Part shown: piece by piece, positions 25,796 to 38,899 of the stretch
Layout of the letters: every line of letters begins with the position of its first letter
Numbering within the stretch: the first letter of the stretch is position 1
NCBI RefSeq assembly: GCF_006345805.1
Contig: NC_042998.1
Location: 142,166,001 to 142,230,000, forward strand
Length of the DNA: 64,000 nucleotides
From: Octopus sinensis
Taxonomy: Eukaryota
Direction of reading: 5' to 3'
The notes under the pieces: model-generated
Seen by the model: only the letters and a program-made list of their open reading frames with translations
What the model was told of the DNA's origin: nothing
Database searches by the model: none
Translations under genes and position numbers: made by a program

Positions 25796-26399
25796 ATTCA
25801 GAGAGCTAGCGTAGCAGACAGTTGTGAGAGGAATAGAGGAACAACAGCAGAGAGTATTTTAAAATAACTAAAATTAGAAAATTAAAATTGGATATAAGAA
25901 ATTTCATCACCACCACCGCCATCATCGTCATTGACATCGTCATCGTCATCGTCGTCGTCTTCGTCGTCGCCGTTGTCCTCATCATCATTTCCATGGTTGT
26001 CATCATTAGCATCATAAAATCTCTATCAACATCGACATCACGACACCCACCACTACCACCACCGCCTTCATCATCATCATCATCATCATCTTCATCAGGA
26101 TATACTATATCTGGAAAGATAATCAAGATTGTCGTGTCTAGAACACTTTTGAGCTAAGTTATACTAGACAGGGGCTGAAGCTGGACTAAATAAACAACAC
26201 CACCAGCAACAGCAACATCATCGTCATTGATAACGCCTTCCTTACTACTGCTCCATCAAAATTACTACAATCACAGAAGCAACAATATATTAATTATATT
26301 TATTCTCCTCTTCACAGCTTCTACTGCCAGAAGCGTCTTCAAAACACATCAGTTTCACATTCTCCATATAACCTATTCTATTTGTCTACAGGGAAAGGA

Positions 26400-26438
26400 A
26401 TTGTCTAGCTATCTACCTATATATATCTATTTATCCGC

Positions 26439-26528
<90 letters not shown>

Positions 26529-26685
26529 GTCTACCTTTCTATTTAACTTCATATCTATTAAGCAATCTATATATATATATTTTGTCCGTATAATGTATAT
26601 CTTTTTGTTTATCTATCTAAATGTATATATTTCTTTCTACCTCATCTGTCTCATTACCTACCTCATCTCTCTCTCTCTCTTTCTT

Positions 26686-26736
<51 letters not shown>

Positions 26737-26793
26737 TTGCCTATCTATCATATATATATATATATTGTCTAAGATTTTTCTATCTATCTATCA

Positions 26794-26861
<68 letters not shown>

Positions 26862-26888
26862 GTCTGTCTGTCTGTCTGTCTGTCTGTA

Positions 26889-26919
<31 letters not shown>

Positions 26920-27060
26920 ACCTAAGCCATGTATTTTTTCTGTCCGTCTGTCAAAGTACCTATTTATTTTTCTATTTAATTTGTCTATTCCTGTGTCTGA
27001 TTTATATATTTTTGTCTAACTATCAAACTAGCTATCAATCTATCTGCCTGCCTAATTAAG
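26400..27060. repeat. Compound (TATC)n/(TC)n/(TGTC)n microsatellite region
   Basis: Seen directly. Confidence 0.9.
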
Positions 27061-29199
27061 TAGTTAACTAACTAACCGTCTATTTATCCAATTTATCTGT
27101 TTATTTGTTTACTTTTTCTTTTTTTTTTGTCTGTCACTCTATCAATATTTATTTCTATACACACAAGCTCACTGGCAAACACACACTCCATCCATAAACA
27201 TAAGAGACAGAAAACACATCTAATTATAGAAGTTTAGCTGAAGGCGATGTAAGTACATTTATATTCACACAGTAGATGTGTAAGTACATCTACTATTCAG
27301 ATTGAATCACTAATGAAGAAGTCATGTATTCTATTCAGGATGGATGTACTCAATAGCTGATTTATTTATGACTTCGGAGATTGTAAAATTACCAAACCGT
27401 TTCGATGGAATATTTAATATAGCCAACTCCATTGTAGATTGTCCAGCCACTAGACGAAATAGAAATATATATAAAGATGAGGAGATCCTCATTGAATGCT
27501 TCACAAAGATACCTTCGTTAATATATTACTCTTAAAATGTAAAACGGTTTAAGCACAAACTGTAATATGGATAGCAGATCGGTATTGTTTGTTCAATTAA
27601 ACTATACGCAAATAAATATTTGATAAAGCGAAATGGTCGTTCGGAGTTTATTATTGGATGGACCACGAACTCATAGATTTTCACTTGAGATTCCAGTTTT
27701 TGCATTCATTGTGTATTTAGGAAATACAATTAATTTTACTTGCTACTGGGTATAAGTATCACGTTTTCAAATAACATTTTTTTTTTCTTATTGATTTGGT
27801 CTGGAATGACTGTGAAAGCCGAATTCAGTATTCATAGTTGGCAAAGCACAATGACGCAGAAACGCATGCGTCCTACGATCTGATGATGTCATTCATAGCC
27901 TAATACATTGTTACGCATTTTGTCAAAACGAAGAATTTCTCTGAGGACTATTTCAGCAGCGAAAAGTATTTCCTCGTTCGAGTGAACACGAGCGTATTAA
28001 ATATGGTTGTATACGATTATATTTTAATTGATGCTTGCTCTTATCCGATTGTTTGTTAATTTTCTGACCGTTTCTTTTAATCAGGTAACATCTTTGAAGA
28101 CAGCTTACGATAAGAAAATCCATTATTCGTATTACTGTCCATTATACTGCTATTATAGCCACGCTACACATACGCCTTACCAATTCATCTTCCTTTCCGC
28201 CCCTACCTCCTAATTCATGTATTTCTCCTTTTCTTTCTTTTCTATATATTTCTGCTATCTCCAACCTTTATTCCCAGCACTATATCTTCATCTTTTATTC
28301 CTTGCCAAGATGATAGTGCTAATTTTATTTATATATCTTCCTCTATATACGTCTACCTATTTACATTTCTGTATATTGCTTTTCTTCTGATGATGAGCGA
28401 GGCTGACCGCACTACTTATACCTGCGCTGCTTCATATTCAGACACTCACAACAATCTACCTTATGTATATGTAGACACAATACACATAACTACTTCTAAT
28501 GAAAATTTACACAGAAATAGCTGTAATGCAGTACCTGTACTTTCCTACCTCTTACTTGCAAAGTTATCTCTAATGATTTCATGAATTATACTTACCTACC
28601 CAGACGGAACCAATACGAAGCACCTTTCAAATTCTTCTCTATCTCATCGTCGACATTACTATATGAATTTCCCGGATTTGTATCCGTCTGTGCCGATTTG
28701 CTATGAACTTTCAACCTCGAGATTCTGTTGATTTCTGCTAAATTTATATACTTTCTTTCTCCTTTCTGTATAAATTTTGTAAATGCCATGATGCCTTGCG
28801 CCTACATGTCCATATTTTATTCTGTCATACTCATTCATATTACTATAATTTGTATGTTGATTACACTATTAATTATAGCATTAATTACAATGTTAATTGC
28901 GTTCTGAGTTTTAAACAGAAGGATAAAAATGTCGGCGAGATTGACTTCGCTTTTCATTCTTACTAGGATCGATAAAATGAATACCAGTGATACACTGGTG
29001 TAATCTATTGTATCCTAACCTCAAATATCAAATCTTCTGTCTATGTAACAAATCAAGCGTTTGTATTTTTACTTAAACAATTGTACGCGCTGTTATTAAA
29101 TTATATGCTGCTGCTTTGGATTGAGATTTCATTGCTATGTAATGTTGTACATGTAATAGTTTTCACAATTAAATGAAATATCTATTTACGTGTATGTCC

Positions 29200-30090
<891 letters not shown>

Positions 30091-31201
30091 CCTTGTCAAC
30101 ACCCGTTAAAAGGAGGGCTGGGCATGCCGTGGTTGATGATGCGCAGACACGCGCTGAGACTGCGACATCTCTGGCTCTATGTAGACGACGGTGAACAGGT
30201 GTGGTCGCCGTTTGTGAGGCACGCTTTCCCGCAGCTCGTCTCCATGACCGAACTGCAGTCGTGGATCAAAAAGAGGCCGAGGAAGGGCGAATGGCACCGC
30301 GAGTGTCGCGTTGCTCTCAAGCACTCTGCCGTCCTGGGTCGACTTAAGTGACTTCAACACAACCAAAAGCATTCTATAGGGGTTTAGTGGAGGGGAGGTA
30401 CGACGACGACTCGGGGCGAACCTGGACGTCGACGAGGAGTACCTGACCCGCCTGTTCGGGACGACTTTCGGGCGGGCCCATGGACAATTCCAGAGATCCC
30501 TGGCCTGGCAGTGCTACCGAGAAGCGCTACCCTTTCGGGATAAGCTCTACAGACACGGCTCGAGAACACGGGGCCGACCTGCCCGAGATGCGGTCAGAGC
30601 GACGAAACCGTTCTGCACGCACTCGTTCAGTGTCCAACAATTTCCGACCTGTGGGCTTATGTCGAACAACTGCTGTCACGTGTGGGACGAGTCGGTTTAT
30701 CAGCTGAGTCTATCGTCAATATTGTCACGCCTCCTCCTTCAAACGGGAAGGAAGAGCTATTTTCATCATCATCCTTGTGGCTATGGCGAAAGAATGTATC
30801 TGGTGGACGCGTCTGAAAGGATTGGAGACAACACTTTCCTCTCTGGTCAATCTCTCATCAACTTCTTCAAGTACCACTTGAAAAGGAAAGTGAGAGTAGA
30901 GAGGCAAGTTTTGTCTAGCGAATGTTTTAAAAAAAGATGGGTGAATGTAGCAAGAATGGCACGTATGAATGACGAAGCCACCTTGAGCATAGTCCTATGA
31001 GCCCAGAAATCGAAAACAGAGAGTTGCTTATTTGCAAAAAAAAAAAAAAAAAGAAATATAAAATGTGACTTCATTGACCGAGGTTACCGTGGTCTTTCCG
31101 TAGGCTTTTCTTCCACGGTAAACCTCACCTGTCCTCCCCTTTACACTTCATATTGACATTCTGTGATAACGATCCCTATTGATCATTTTTTTTTCCTCTC
31201 C

Positions 31202-31240
<39 letters not shown>

Positions 31241-31406
31241 CCCCCCCCTTTTTTTGTCTCTTTTCTCCTCCTTTTACGATCCCTTTTGATCGAAACTCCC
31301 CTTTCCTTTTTTTTTTTTCCTTTTTTTTTTTTAAAACCTCAAGAAAAGCTCTACCTTGTAATTTGTTTCTATCTGTGTGCAGCCCTGTGTGGCTAATAAA
31401 GAAACA
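30091..31406 (+). mobile_element. 5'-truncated L1/Tx1-like LINE (ORF2 C-terminus, T-rich 3' UTR, AATAAA) between (TATC)n tracts
   Basis: GC-rich frameshifted coding remnant. CPRCGQSDETVLHALVQCP (CCHC, zf-RVT-like) at 30580-30636. Ends ..FKKRWVNV..IVL* at 31000. AATAAA at 31395, then (TATC)n. Confidence 0.8.
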
Positions 31407-31428
31407 TATCTATCTATCTATCTATCTA

Positions 31429-31477
<49 letters not shown>

Positions 31478-31963
31478 ATCTGTCTGTCTGTCCTTCTGTC
31501 TATGTAATCTATCTAATTATACACAAACACACTAATATTACATCACACATAAAATAGTTAAACATATTTATAGCCATTTACCGTGAGCCTGGAGCTGTTC
31601 TTTTACTGCACAAGACAGGTCTTGTGTTTCCACCAATACACATTAGCAATATTAAAACAGACATCATTGAAAACTTTTAAATAAACATATTATTGATCAG
31701 CGAAACATCATTATTAATGCATATAATAGTGATTAAACAATTTAATTTTACAACTTTCTTAACGAAATGAATGAAATTAGTAAAATAACCACAGAAAATA
31801 AATAATCACAATGCAATACAATAATACAAATGAAAGAAACAAATAAGAAAATTAGGCAGAAGAACAGAATAATTGAAGGTTTGATTGGTATTAATTCTAT
31901 ATACAATTTGTACTGCAGTTATTTTCATTGTTGAAATGAGAGTATAATGAAGCTACACTACGG

Positions 31964-32012
<49 letters not shown>

Positions 32013-32119
32013 TATTATTATTATTATATTATTATTATTATTATAATTTCTTTTATTTGCCAGGATGAGGGACAATACAAAGGCAGATAGACAGTACGGG
32101 GGTTTACATTTATGAAATG

Positions 32120-32199
<80 letters not shown>

Positions 32200-32214
32200 T
32201 GTGTGTATTATGCG

Positions 32215-32510
32215 CCCTTTTCAAGCCTAGCCAGGCTCATAAGCCCGGTTTCCCGGTTTCTATGGCGTATATGTTCTCCCCCAGCTGAACGGGACGCTAG
32301 TCCATCGCAGCGTTACTCAAGAAACAGGAAGAAAGAGAGAAAGTTGGGGCGAAAGAGTACAACAGGGGTCGCCACCACCCCTTGCCGGAGCCTCGTGGAG
32401 CTTTAGGTGTTTTCGCTCAATAAACACACACAACGCCCGGTCTGGGAATCGAAACCGCGATCCTCCGACCACGAGTTCGCTGCCCTAACCACTGGGCCAT
32501 TGCGCCTCCA
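32215..32510 (-). mobile_element. tRNA-derived SINE, family B2 (full length)
   Basis: Reverse complement of 33411-33674 family; clear tRNA-like head ending ...gccattgcgcctccac. Confidence 0.85.
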
Positions 32511-32529
32511 CAAAAAATATTCATTCTCG

Positions 32530-32706
32530 TGCTATGCCAGGCTCATAAGGGCAGGTAATTTTCATTTTTGCCAGCTGAGTGGACTGGAGCAACGTGAAAT
32601 GAAGTGTTTTGCTCAAGAACACAACGCTTCGTCCGGTCCAGGAATCGAAACCACAAACTTACGATCATGAGTTCAACACCCTAACCACTAAGCCACGCAC
32701 CTCCAC
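32530..32706 (-). mobile_element. tRNA-derived SINE, family B variant
   Basis: gactggagcaacgtgaaatgaag..ggaatcgaaacc..ctaaccactaagccacgcacctccac. Shared with 42650-42840 and 55720-56005. Confidence 0.75.
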
Positions 32707-32715
32707 ACACACACA

Positions 32716-32916
<201 letters not shown>

Positions 32917-33289
32917 GAATGTATGTATGTATGTATGTATGTATCTTACTGTATAAAATATGTTGTCTGTATGTGTGTCCTTTATGTACGACCAGACTTC
33001 TGGATCAGTCTGTACTGTACTTGGGGTACATGAATAATTTGACCTGGGAAATAATAATACGGTCTTGATTTTTTTTTTATTAAAAATATATAATATTGCT
33101 TTATATATATATCATAAAGTTTCACATCTTCAAATCGTTTTGTGAATGTCAACTTCCTGTGGCTGATGTTCTGACGTAGTAACTAAGTAACCAGCTATTT
33201 ACACACACGTATATGTACATCATTACAGTTGTGACGATTTCTAATAAAAAAAAAGAATTTCTAAAGGTACTTTCATTTTTTTATATTCT

Positions 33290-33859
33290 TCTCCAGCTTT
33301 CTATTTGTGTATCTGTATGTATAGGTTCATTTCTGTAAAAGATTTTCCAATGTCAACAGATCTTCTTCATATATACAGTATATATTTATGTGTGAGTAAA
33401 TGTATTCTACGTGGAGGCGCAATGGCCCAGTGGTTAGGGCAGCGGACTCGTGGTCGGAGGATCGCGGTTTTAATTCCCAGACCGGGCGTAGTGTGTGTTT
33501 ATTGAGCGAAAACACCTAAAATCTCCACAAGGCTCCGGCAGGGGCTGGTGGCGACCCCTGTTGTACTCTTTCGCCACAACTTTCTCTCACTCTCTCTTCC
33601 TGTTTCTTGGGGGGGGGCACATACGCCACAGAAACCGAGAAACTGGGCCCATAAACCTGGCTAGGCTTGAAAAAATTCTACACGGAGATACACGCCTCTT
33701 TTTCATATGTCAACAGGTCTGTTAAGATATGCATTAATGTGAGTGTGTATGAGAAAATACATTCAATAGACGCCTTTTTTCCAAACCTCAACAGGTCTGT
33801 TTTATATATATGATATATATTATATTGTGTGCGTGTGTGTATGTGCGTGTGTGTGCATG

Positions 33860-33890
<31 letters not shown>

Positions 33891-34490
33891 TGTGTGTGTG
33901 TGTGTGTGTAAATAGATTCCACAAGGAGATAGAGGCCTTTTTTCAAATGTCAACAGGTCTGTTTTATATATATATATATTTGTGTGCGCGTGTCCTCTAT
34001 GGACGGCCAAACAGTTGGACCACTCTATGCCATAATCTTCTATACCTTTCCATTTGAGTATCCGTAGGTAAAGGTTCATTTCCGTAAAAGAATTTCAATT
34101 GTTAACAGGTCTATTTTATATATATAAGATATATATTTATGTGAGTGCATGTGTGAGAAAAAGATTTCATACGAAAATAGACGCATTTTCTTTCATTTAA
34201 TTAATCAATTGACAACAGATCTGTTCCATATACATAAGATATATAATTATGTGAATGTGTGTGTATGAGAAAAAAAATTCACACGGAAATATACGCCTTT
34301 TTCTCAATTAATTAAATGAGATGCTGTATATTGAACATTGAGTTTCCAATACATATTTCGGATATTTTTGGAACAAGTCGCCTTATTAACACTTGATATT
34401 TCATATTTAAATCCGATGTGATTATTCTTGGCACAACTCGATTTATTAACACTAAATATTTCTATTTTAAATCCAATGTGAGTAATTATA
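33290..34490. repeat. Degenerate minisatellite-like subrepeats (caacaggtctgtt motif), probably Helitron-internal
   Basis: Motif recurs at ~33354, 33711, 33789, 33951, 34103 and 34213. 33297-33400 resembles 34047-34150. Confidence 0.55.
33411..33674 (+). mobile_element. tRNA-derived SINE, family B2, with 7-bp TSD
   Basis: TGGCCCAGTGGTTAGG box A; GGTTTTAATTCC box B. ATTCTAC duplicated at 33404-33410 and 33675-33681. Confidence 0.88.
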
Positions 34491-34528
34491 CTTGTATGAT
34501 GATAGCTAACATTACATAGTAGTTGTGA

Positions 34529-35808
34529 CTAACACTCAAAGTTGTTGGGATGCACAGTGCAGATCCTTCCCAATGCTGAGACTCTCTTGATTCTTGGATG
34601 CCCTTCAACAGTCTGACCAATGGCACGTCTCTTCCATTGTTTAGTTCTCTGTTGCCATGAGTAATATTGATGGACTTCTTGGTACAAAAGAGTCGAAGCA
34701 AATGGATCTGTGCAACAAAGCTCAAAGAAAGCCGTCAATGTAGTTGAACCTGGAGCTTTCCACTGCATGAACAGCATCCAACTGTTATCCATCTAGTTAT
34801 ACATCTAGAGAATGGCCAGCGAGTATACTTTGATCCAGACAATCCACAACGTCTCCAGCGGCAATTTGAAGCTCCAGGTTAGCCATCTGGGATGCCACTT
34901 CACCACTTAACACTTAAAAAGAGAGTCCCAAGCATGCTGCTCAGGAATCTGGATCCACCTCGTCTGTGCAATGGCACCAGAGTGGTGGTGAAAGTGATGC
35001 GACCCCATGTCCTAGAGGCAACATTACGACTGGGAACTTCATTCCACAGATCTTGTTAATCCCACATGAACTTCCCTTTGAATCTAAACGGTTCCAGTTC
35101 CCAGTGAAACTAATTTTTGCTATGTCAATAAACAAATCTCAAGGACAGTTTCTCAACGTTGTTAGACTTTACCTAGCTTCTCCTTGCTTCTCTCATGGGC
35201 AATTATATGTTCGCGAGTTGGAAGTCCCCAAAATCTTTTCATTTATACACCAATTAAAAGACACACTCAAAACATTGTATATTTAGAAGCTCTAGATAAT
35301 TACACTGACTGATTTCCAGGTTTGTTTCAATACATTTTTTTGATACTCTGATAGAATTTTCATTAAAAGTATTCAGTAATAGAAGAGGAGCGCCCGGAGC
35401 GCGGTTCTTCTCAAATGTATGTATTTTCAGGCTAAACGTGTTTCAAATAAGTACTGACAATTGAAAGTGATTGCAAAGACAAAGAACTACCTGCTTTTTT
35501 AACAATTTTAACAGTGAGAATACCGGACAAAACATGTTATTGACATATACAGTTGGTACCTCAGTTAATAACTGTTCAGAACAGCATAATCCATGTTTCC
35601 TTTTGCTTAGAGATTTAAAAGACATACTTAAATTTCATTATTTTCAAGAGCCTAGGAAACACCGGGTTATTAACCCATAAAGTTGATATCTCAGTTACTA
35701 GGAGGTGAGACCTGCGTAGCTTATGTTTCATGTTAGTTTTATATCAAAAAGGCATTTTAAAATTTCATTATTTTCTTAACCCGAGCAACGCCGAGTATTT
35801 CTTCTAGT
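34529..35808 (+). mobile_element. Rearranged Helitron remnant (RepHel/Pif1-like helicase fragments plus 3' terminus)
   Basis: Plus strand: HPTVIHLVIHLENGQRVYF (~34775-34830), MLLRNLDPPRLCNGTRV, FQFPVKLIFAMSINKSQGQ, PCFSHGQLYV. Minus strand: STTLTAFFELC..TLLYQEV (34529-34760). Hairpin cccgagcaacgccgag then CTAG at ~35780-35807. Confidence 0.88.
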
Positions 35809-35828
35809 ATGTATGTATATATATATAC

Positions 35829-36312
35829 GTCATACGATATAGTGTATATTTAAACACATAGAGAATCCACTTATAGGAATTCTACGCGCTAGAAAGAATA
35901 GCTAAGTTCTATAACCACAAAAAATTCGGATAAAATTCAACAGGAATAAATTTGGAAATGAAAAACATTTACCGTCTAGTTTCCTGGACCAATTGGTTTC
36001 TAATCATCTTTTAGCGAGTCATGGAGAACTCACAAGGTTTGATTTTCTTCAGCAGGTTTGATTCAAACCTCACACGGTTTGATTTTACTGAAGAAAATCA
36101 AGCCTTGTGAGTTCTCCATGACTCGCTAAAAGATTATTAGAAACCAATTAGTCCAGGAAACTAGATGGTAAATGTTTTTCATTTCCAAATTTATTCCTGT
36201 CGAATTTTATCCCGAATTTTTTGTGGTTATAGAACTTAGCTGTTCTTTCTAGCGCGTAGAATCCTTATAAGTGGATTCTCTATGTGTTTAAATATACACT
36301 ATATCGTATGAC
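35829..36312. mobile_element. Foldback/MITE-like element, ~225-bp near-perfect inverted arms
   Basis: 35829-36054 is the reverse complement of ~36087-36312. Small internal hairpin ggtttgattcaaacc. Confidence 0.85.
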
Positions 36313-36454
36313 TAATATATAGTCTTTTTGACTAAAATTTTTTTACGCGTTAGACCACTGGAAATGTAAATTTTAGTTGAATGTTTTTAATTTTAATTAA
36401 ATTCCATTTCCCTTTGATATGATTAAATACTATATATATATATAATAATATAAG

Positions 36455-37092
36455 TAACTAGCAAGTATAAAATAACCAAAAAGGTAAAATTATTAATTTA
36501 TAATCAGGTTACAAGAACCACAGTAAACGACTTATACCCACGGGTGGATTGGAGGAAAAATTATATAAAAAGCCAACTTAACGTTGCGAGTAAAAATCAC
36601 AAATTTACTCTGATTCTCCAGCCGTTTTGGACTCTTATTTCAAGCAATACTGTGTACTGTCTTGTACCCTGATTATGAATTAATCATTTTACATTTTCGG
36701 CTATTTTTATACTTGCTAGCCACTTATATTATTATTTTTTTATTAATAATAATATCGTTATATATTTTTATAATTTTATTCACTTCGATCATTTTTAATT
36801 GCCACTGCATTCATATGGTCAATACACACATGGTGACGCGAGTATATTTAGCGCTCGGCAGTAATACTCACTGAGGAGGACTAAGTGTTTATCACAGGGT
36901 TACAAATCACGTGATATGAGTACGTCTGCAAACTCATTTGCGATTTTTACTCGCTATGGTAAGTTGGCATTTTATATACTCGTTTCCTCCAAGTCACCAG
37001 TGTGTATGAGTGATTTACTGTGGTTCTTGAGCAGTTTGGACTGTAATTTCTAGCAATGCTGTGTCATATCTTGTACCCAAATTATAAATTAT
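36455..37092. mobile_element. Decayed Penelope-like terminal-repeat structure (inverted plus direct partial repeats)
   Basis: 36458-36515 is inverse to 36661-36720; 36510-36605 is inverse to 36935-37030; 36620-36682 is direct to 37031-37090. TA-rich left flank. Confidence 0.55.
36865..36922 (+). ncRNA. Degenerate type I hammerhead motif
   Basis: TACTCA-CTGAGGA-(decayed stem II)-cAAA-TCACGTGA-TA-TGAGTA. Six-bp stem I and palindromic stem III are intact, but the G of GAAA is missing. Confidence 0.55.
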
Positions 37093-37344
37093 ATATCTTC
37101 TTCTTCTTCTTCTTATTGCTGCTGCTGCTGTTGCTGTTGTTGTTCTCGTTGTCAACACCGAAAGTTTTGGCGTTGCTTAGAGACGATACATTTTTCACCT
37201 CAGTGTTAGGCTATTCGATATTCATATTCTCACTTCTTTCTTCGTTCTCAGCTTTTCCGACGAGTAGTGCGTTTCTTTGTCGAACATTATGATGGCTTCT
37301 TTATCAGCCATCTTTAAATAATTACAGAAAATTGCGAAATATTT

Positions 37345-37450
37345 GCTTTTGCCGAAAGGATGAGAGTCAAAGTCGACCTCGGCGTAATTAGAACTCAGAA
37401 CGTAAGGACAGACGAAATGCCGCAAAGCATTTTGCCCATCGTGCGCAAGA
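37345..37450 (-). mobile_element. tRNA-derived SINE, family A (partial)
   Basis: ccgaaaggatgagagtcaaagtcgacctcggcg..gaactcagaacgtaa. Confidence 0.7.
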
Positions 37451-37819
37451 CACTATCAATCCAATAATATAACCTAAACAAAACAACCCACAAATACAAG
37501 ACACATCGTATACAACATTTACCCAGTGAAATAAACTTCCACCAACAAGCCAGAACACTAAAGCATTACACACTCACCATACAATACAAGCAGTGATACA
37601 GCAAAAGACTTCACCACATCTCAAAAGAAAAACAAAACTAACATAATACAGTACCGGGAAGAGTTTGCACACTGCCAACAGCATAAAAGAACACACGATG
37701 CTGTATACACCCCAGCAACACGAAAGTGTAGCAGGTAATGCTGTAGAAATTTGTCTCAATCTACAAAATATTGAGCCGTTATATAATACTAATAATAACA
37801 GCAACAACAACAACAACAA

Positions 37820-38340
37820 TGAATATAAGATACTGTGGGATTTTACAATCCAATGTGACTCCCTAATCGATGCTCGGAGACCAGATATTGTTGTGGTAGA
37901 TAAAGGAAAAAAGGAAACCAAGATTATAGATATTGCAACACCTGAGGATGCATGCATAAGTAACAAAGAACAAGAAAAGATTGAAAAGTTCAGCCTGCTA
38001 AAAGAGGAAATTGCAAGAATGTGGACTATGAGGAGAGTGTTTGTCATTCCAGTAGTTGTAGGAGCACTTGGAGTACTAACAACCAAGTTCGAGAAATATG
38101 TCAGAGAAATAGTAATTGACATGCGAAAAGAGCAAGCCCCCAAAACTGCTCTGCTGGGGACAACCAGGATTTTGAGATTGGTACTTGGATGTTGAAAGTC
38201 TCCCGTGATAATTAACAACCAAGTATCTAAGCTTATAATGTGCGGAAAGAGATCCTGTAAGACCTCTGACAACAGGCTGCTGTCCGCTCTGACAGAATCA
38301 ATCAGAGCAAACAAGACCAAGCCCTCTGAGAAGTAAAACA
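37820..38340 (+). mobile_element. 5'-truncated REL-endonuclease LINE of a second R4/Dong-like family, in an (AAC/AAT)n tract
   Basis: EYKILWDFTIQCD..RRPDIVVVDK..IIDIATP..KIEKF..IPVVVGALG..KTALLGTTRILR (to 38195). Short 3' UTR. (AAT/AAC)n at 37787-37820 and 38340-38358. Confidence 0.88.
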
Positions 38341-38899
38341 ATAATAATAATGATAATGACTTTTTGTTACTACTACTCACGCTCACCCCCATACATATAA
38401 AATATATTGCAATAATATCGGATAATACAAATTTATATAAAAATTAGGCATGAGTTTCTTTTGTGGGGCTGGGGTTGTTCGTTTTGTATTACTTTGTATG
38501 AAGTAATCATAAATCCTTCAGATTTCCTCAGCAAAAACGAACAAGAGGCCTACTGGAAGTACAAGCAACATCACAGAGAGAATGTCGTCTTGAAATATAC
38601 CTCAACTATATTGTATGGTATCACTTGCAATAGAATCGCTTACTATTTTTAACTTCAAGATGGTAGTTCATGAGGAATTCAGTTTGTCCATGGCTTTGAT
38701 TCTGATCTCTGGAAATTTAGCTAGATGAAGGGAATCTGGCTTCACTGAACAAACATGTACTTATATGATGAAAGAAAGTTGCGAAGTTTTATACATTTAG
38801 TATCTGAGTTAAATAACACTAACTTTAAAATATATTGTTGTACAAGATAAGCTCTTGCTTATCCACAAAATACTACATAAAAGTACAATATCAAATTAT

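Noticed and set aside
27344-27620. Faint CRESS-virus Rep-like words (YKDEEILIECF, IWIADRY)
   Set aside because: No Walker A or HUH motifs seen and frames are broken; would need a tBLASTn or HMM hit.
33411-33490. tRNA gene
   Set aside because: The tRNA-like head continues into a SINE body with a TSD, and other copies are present.
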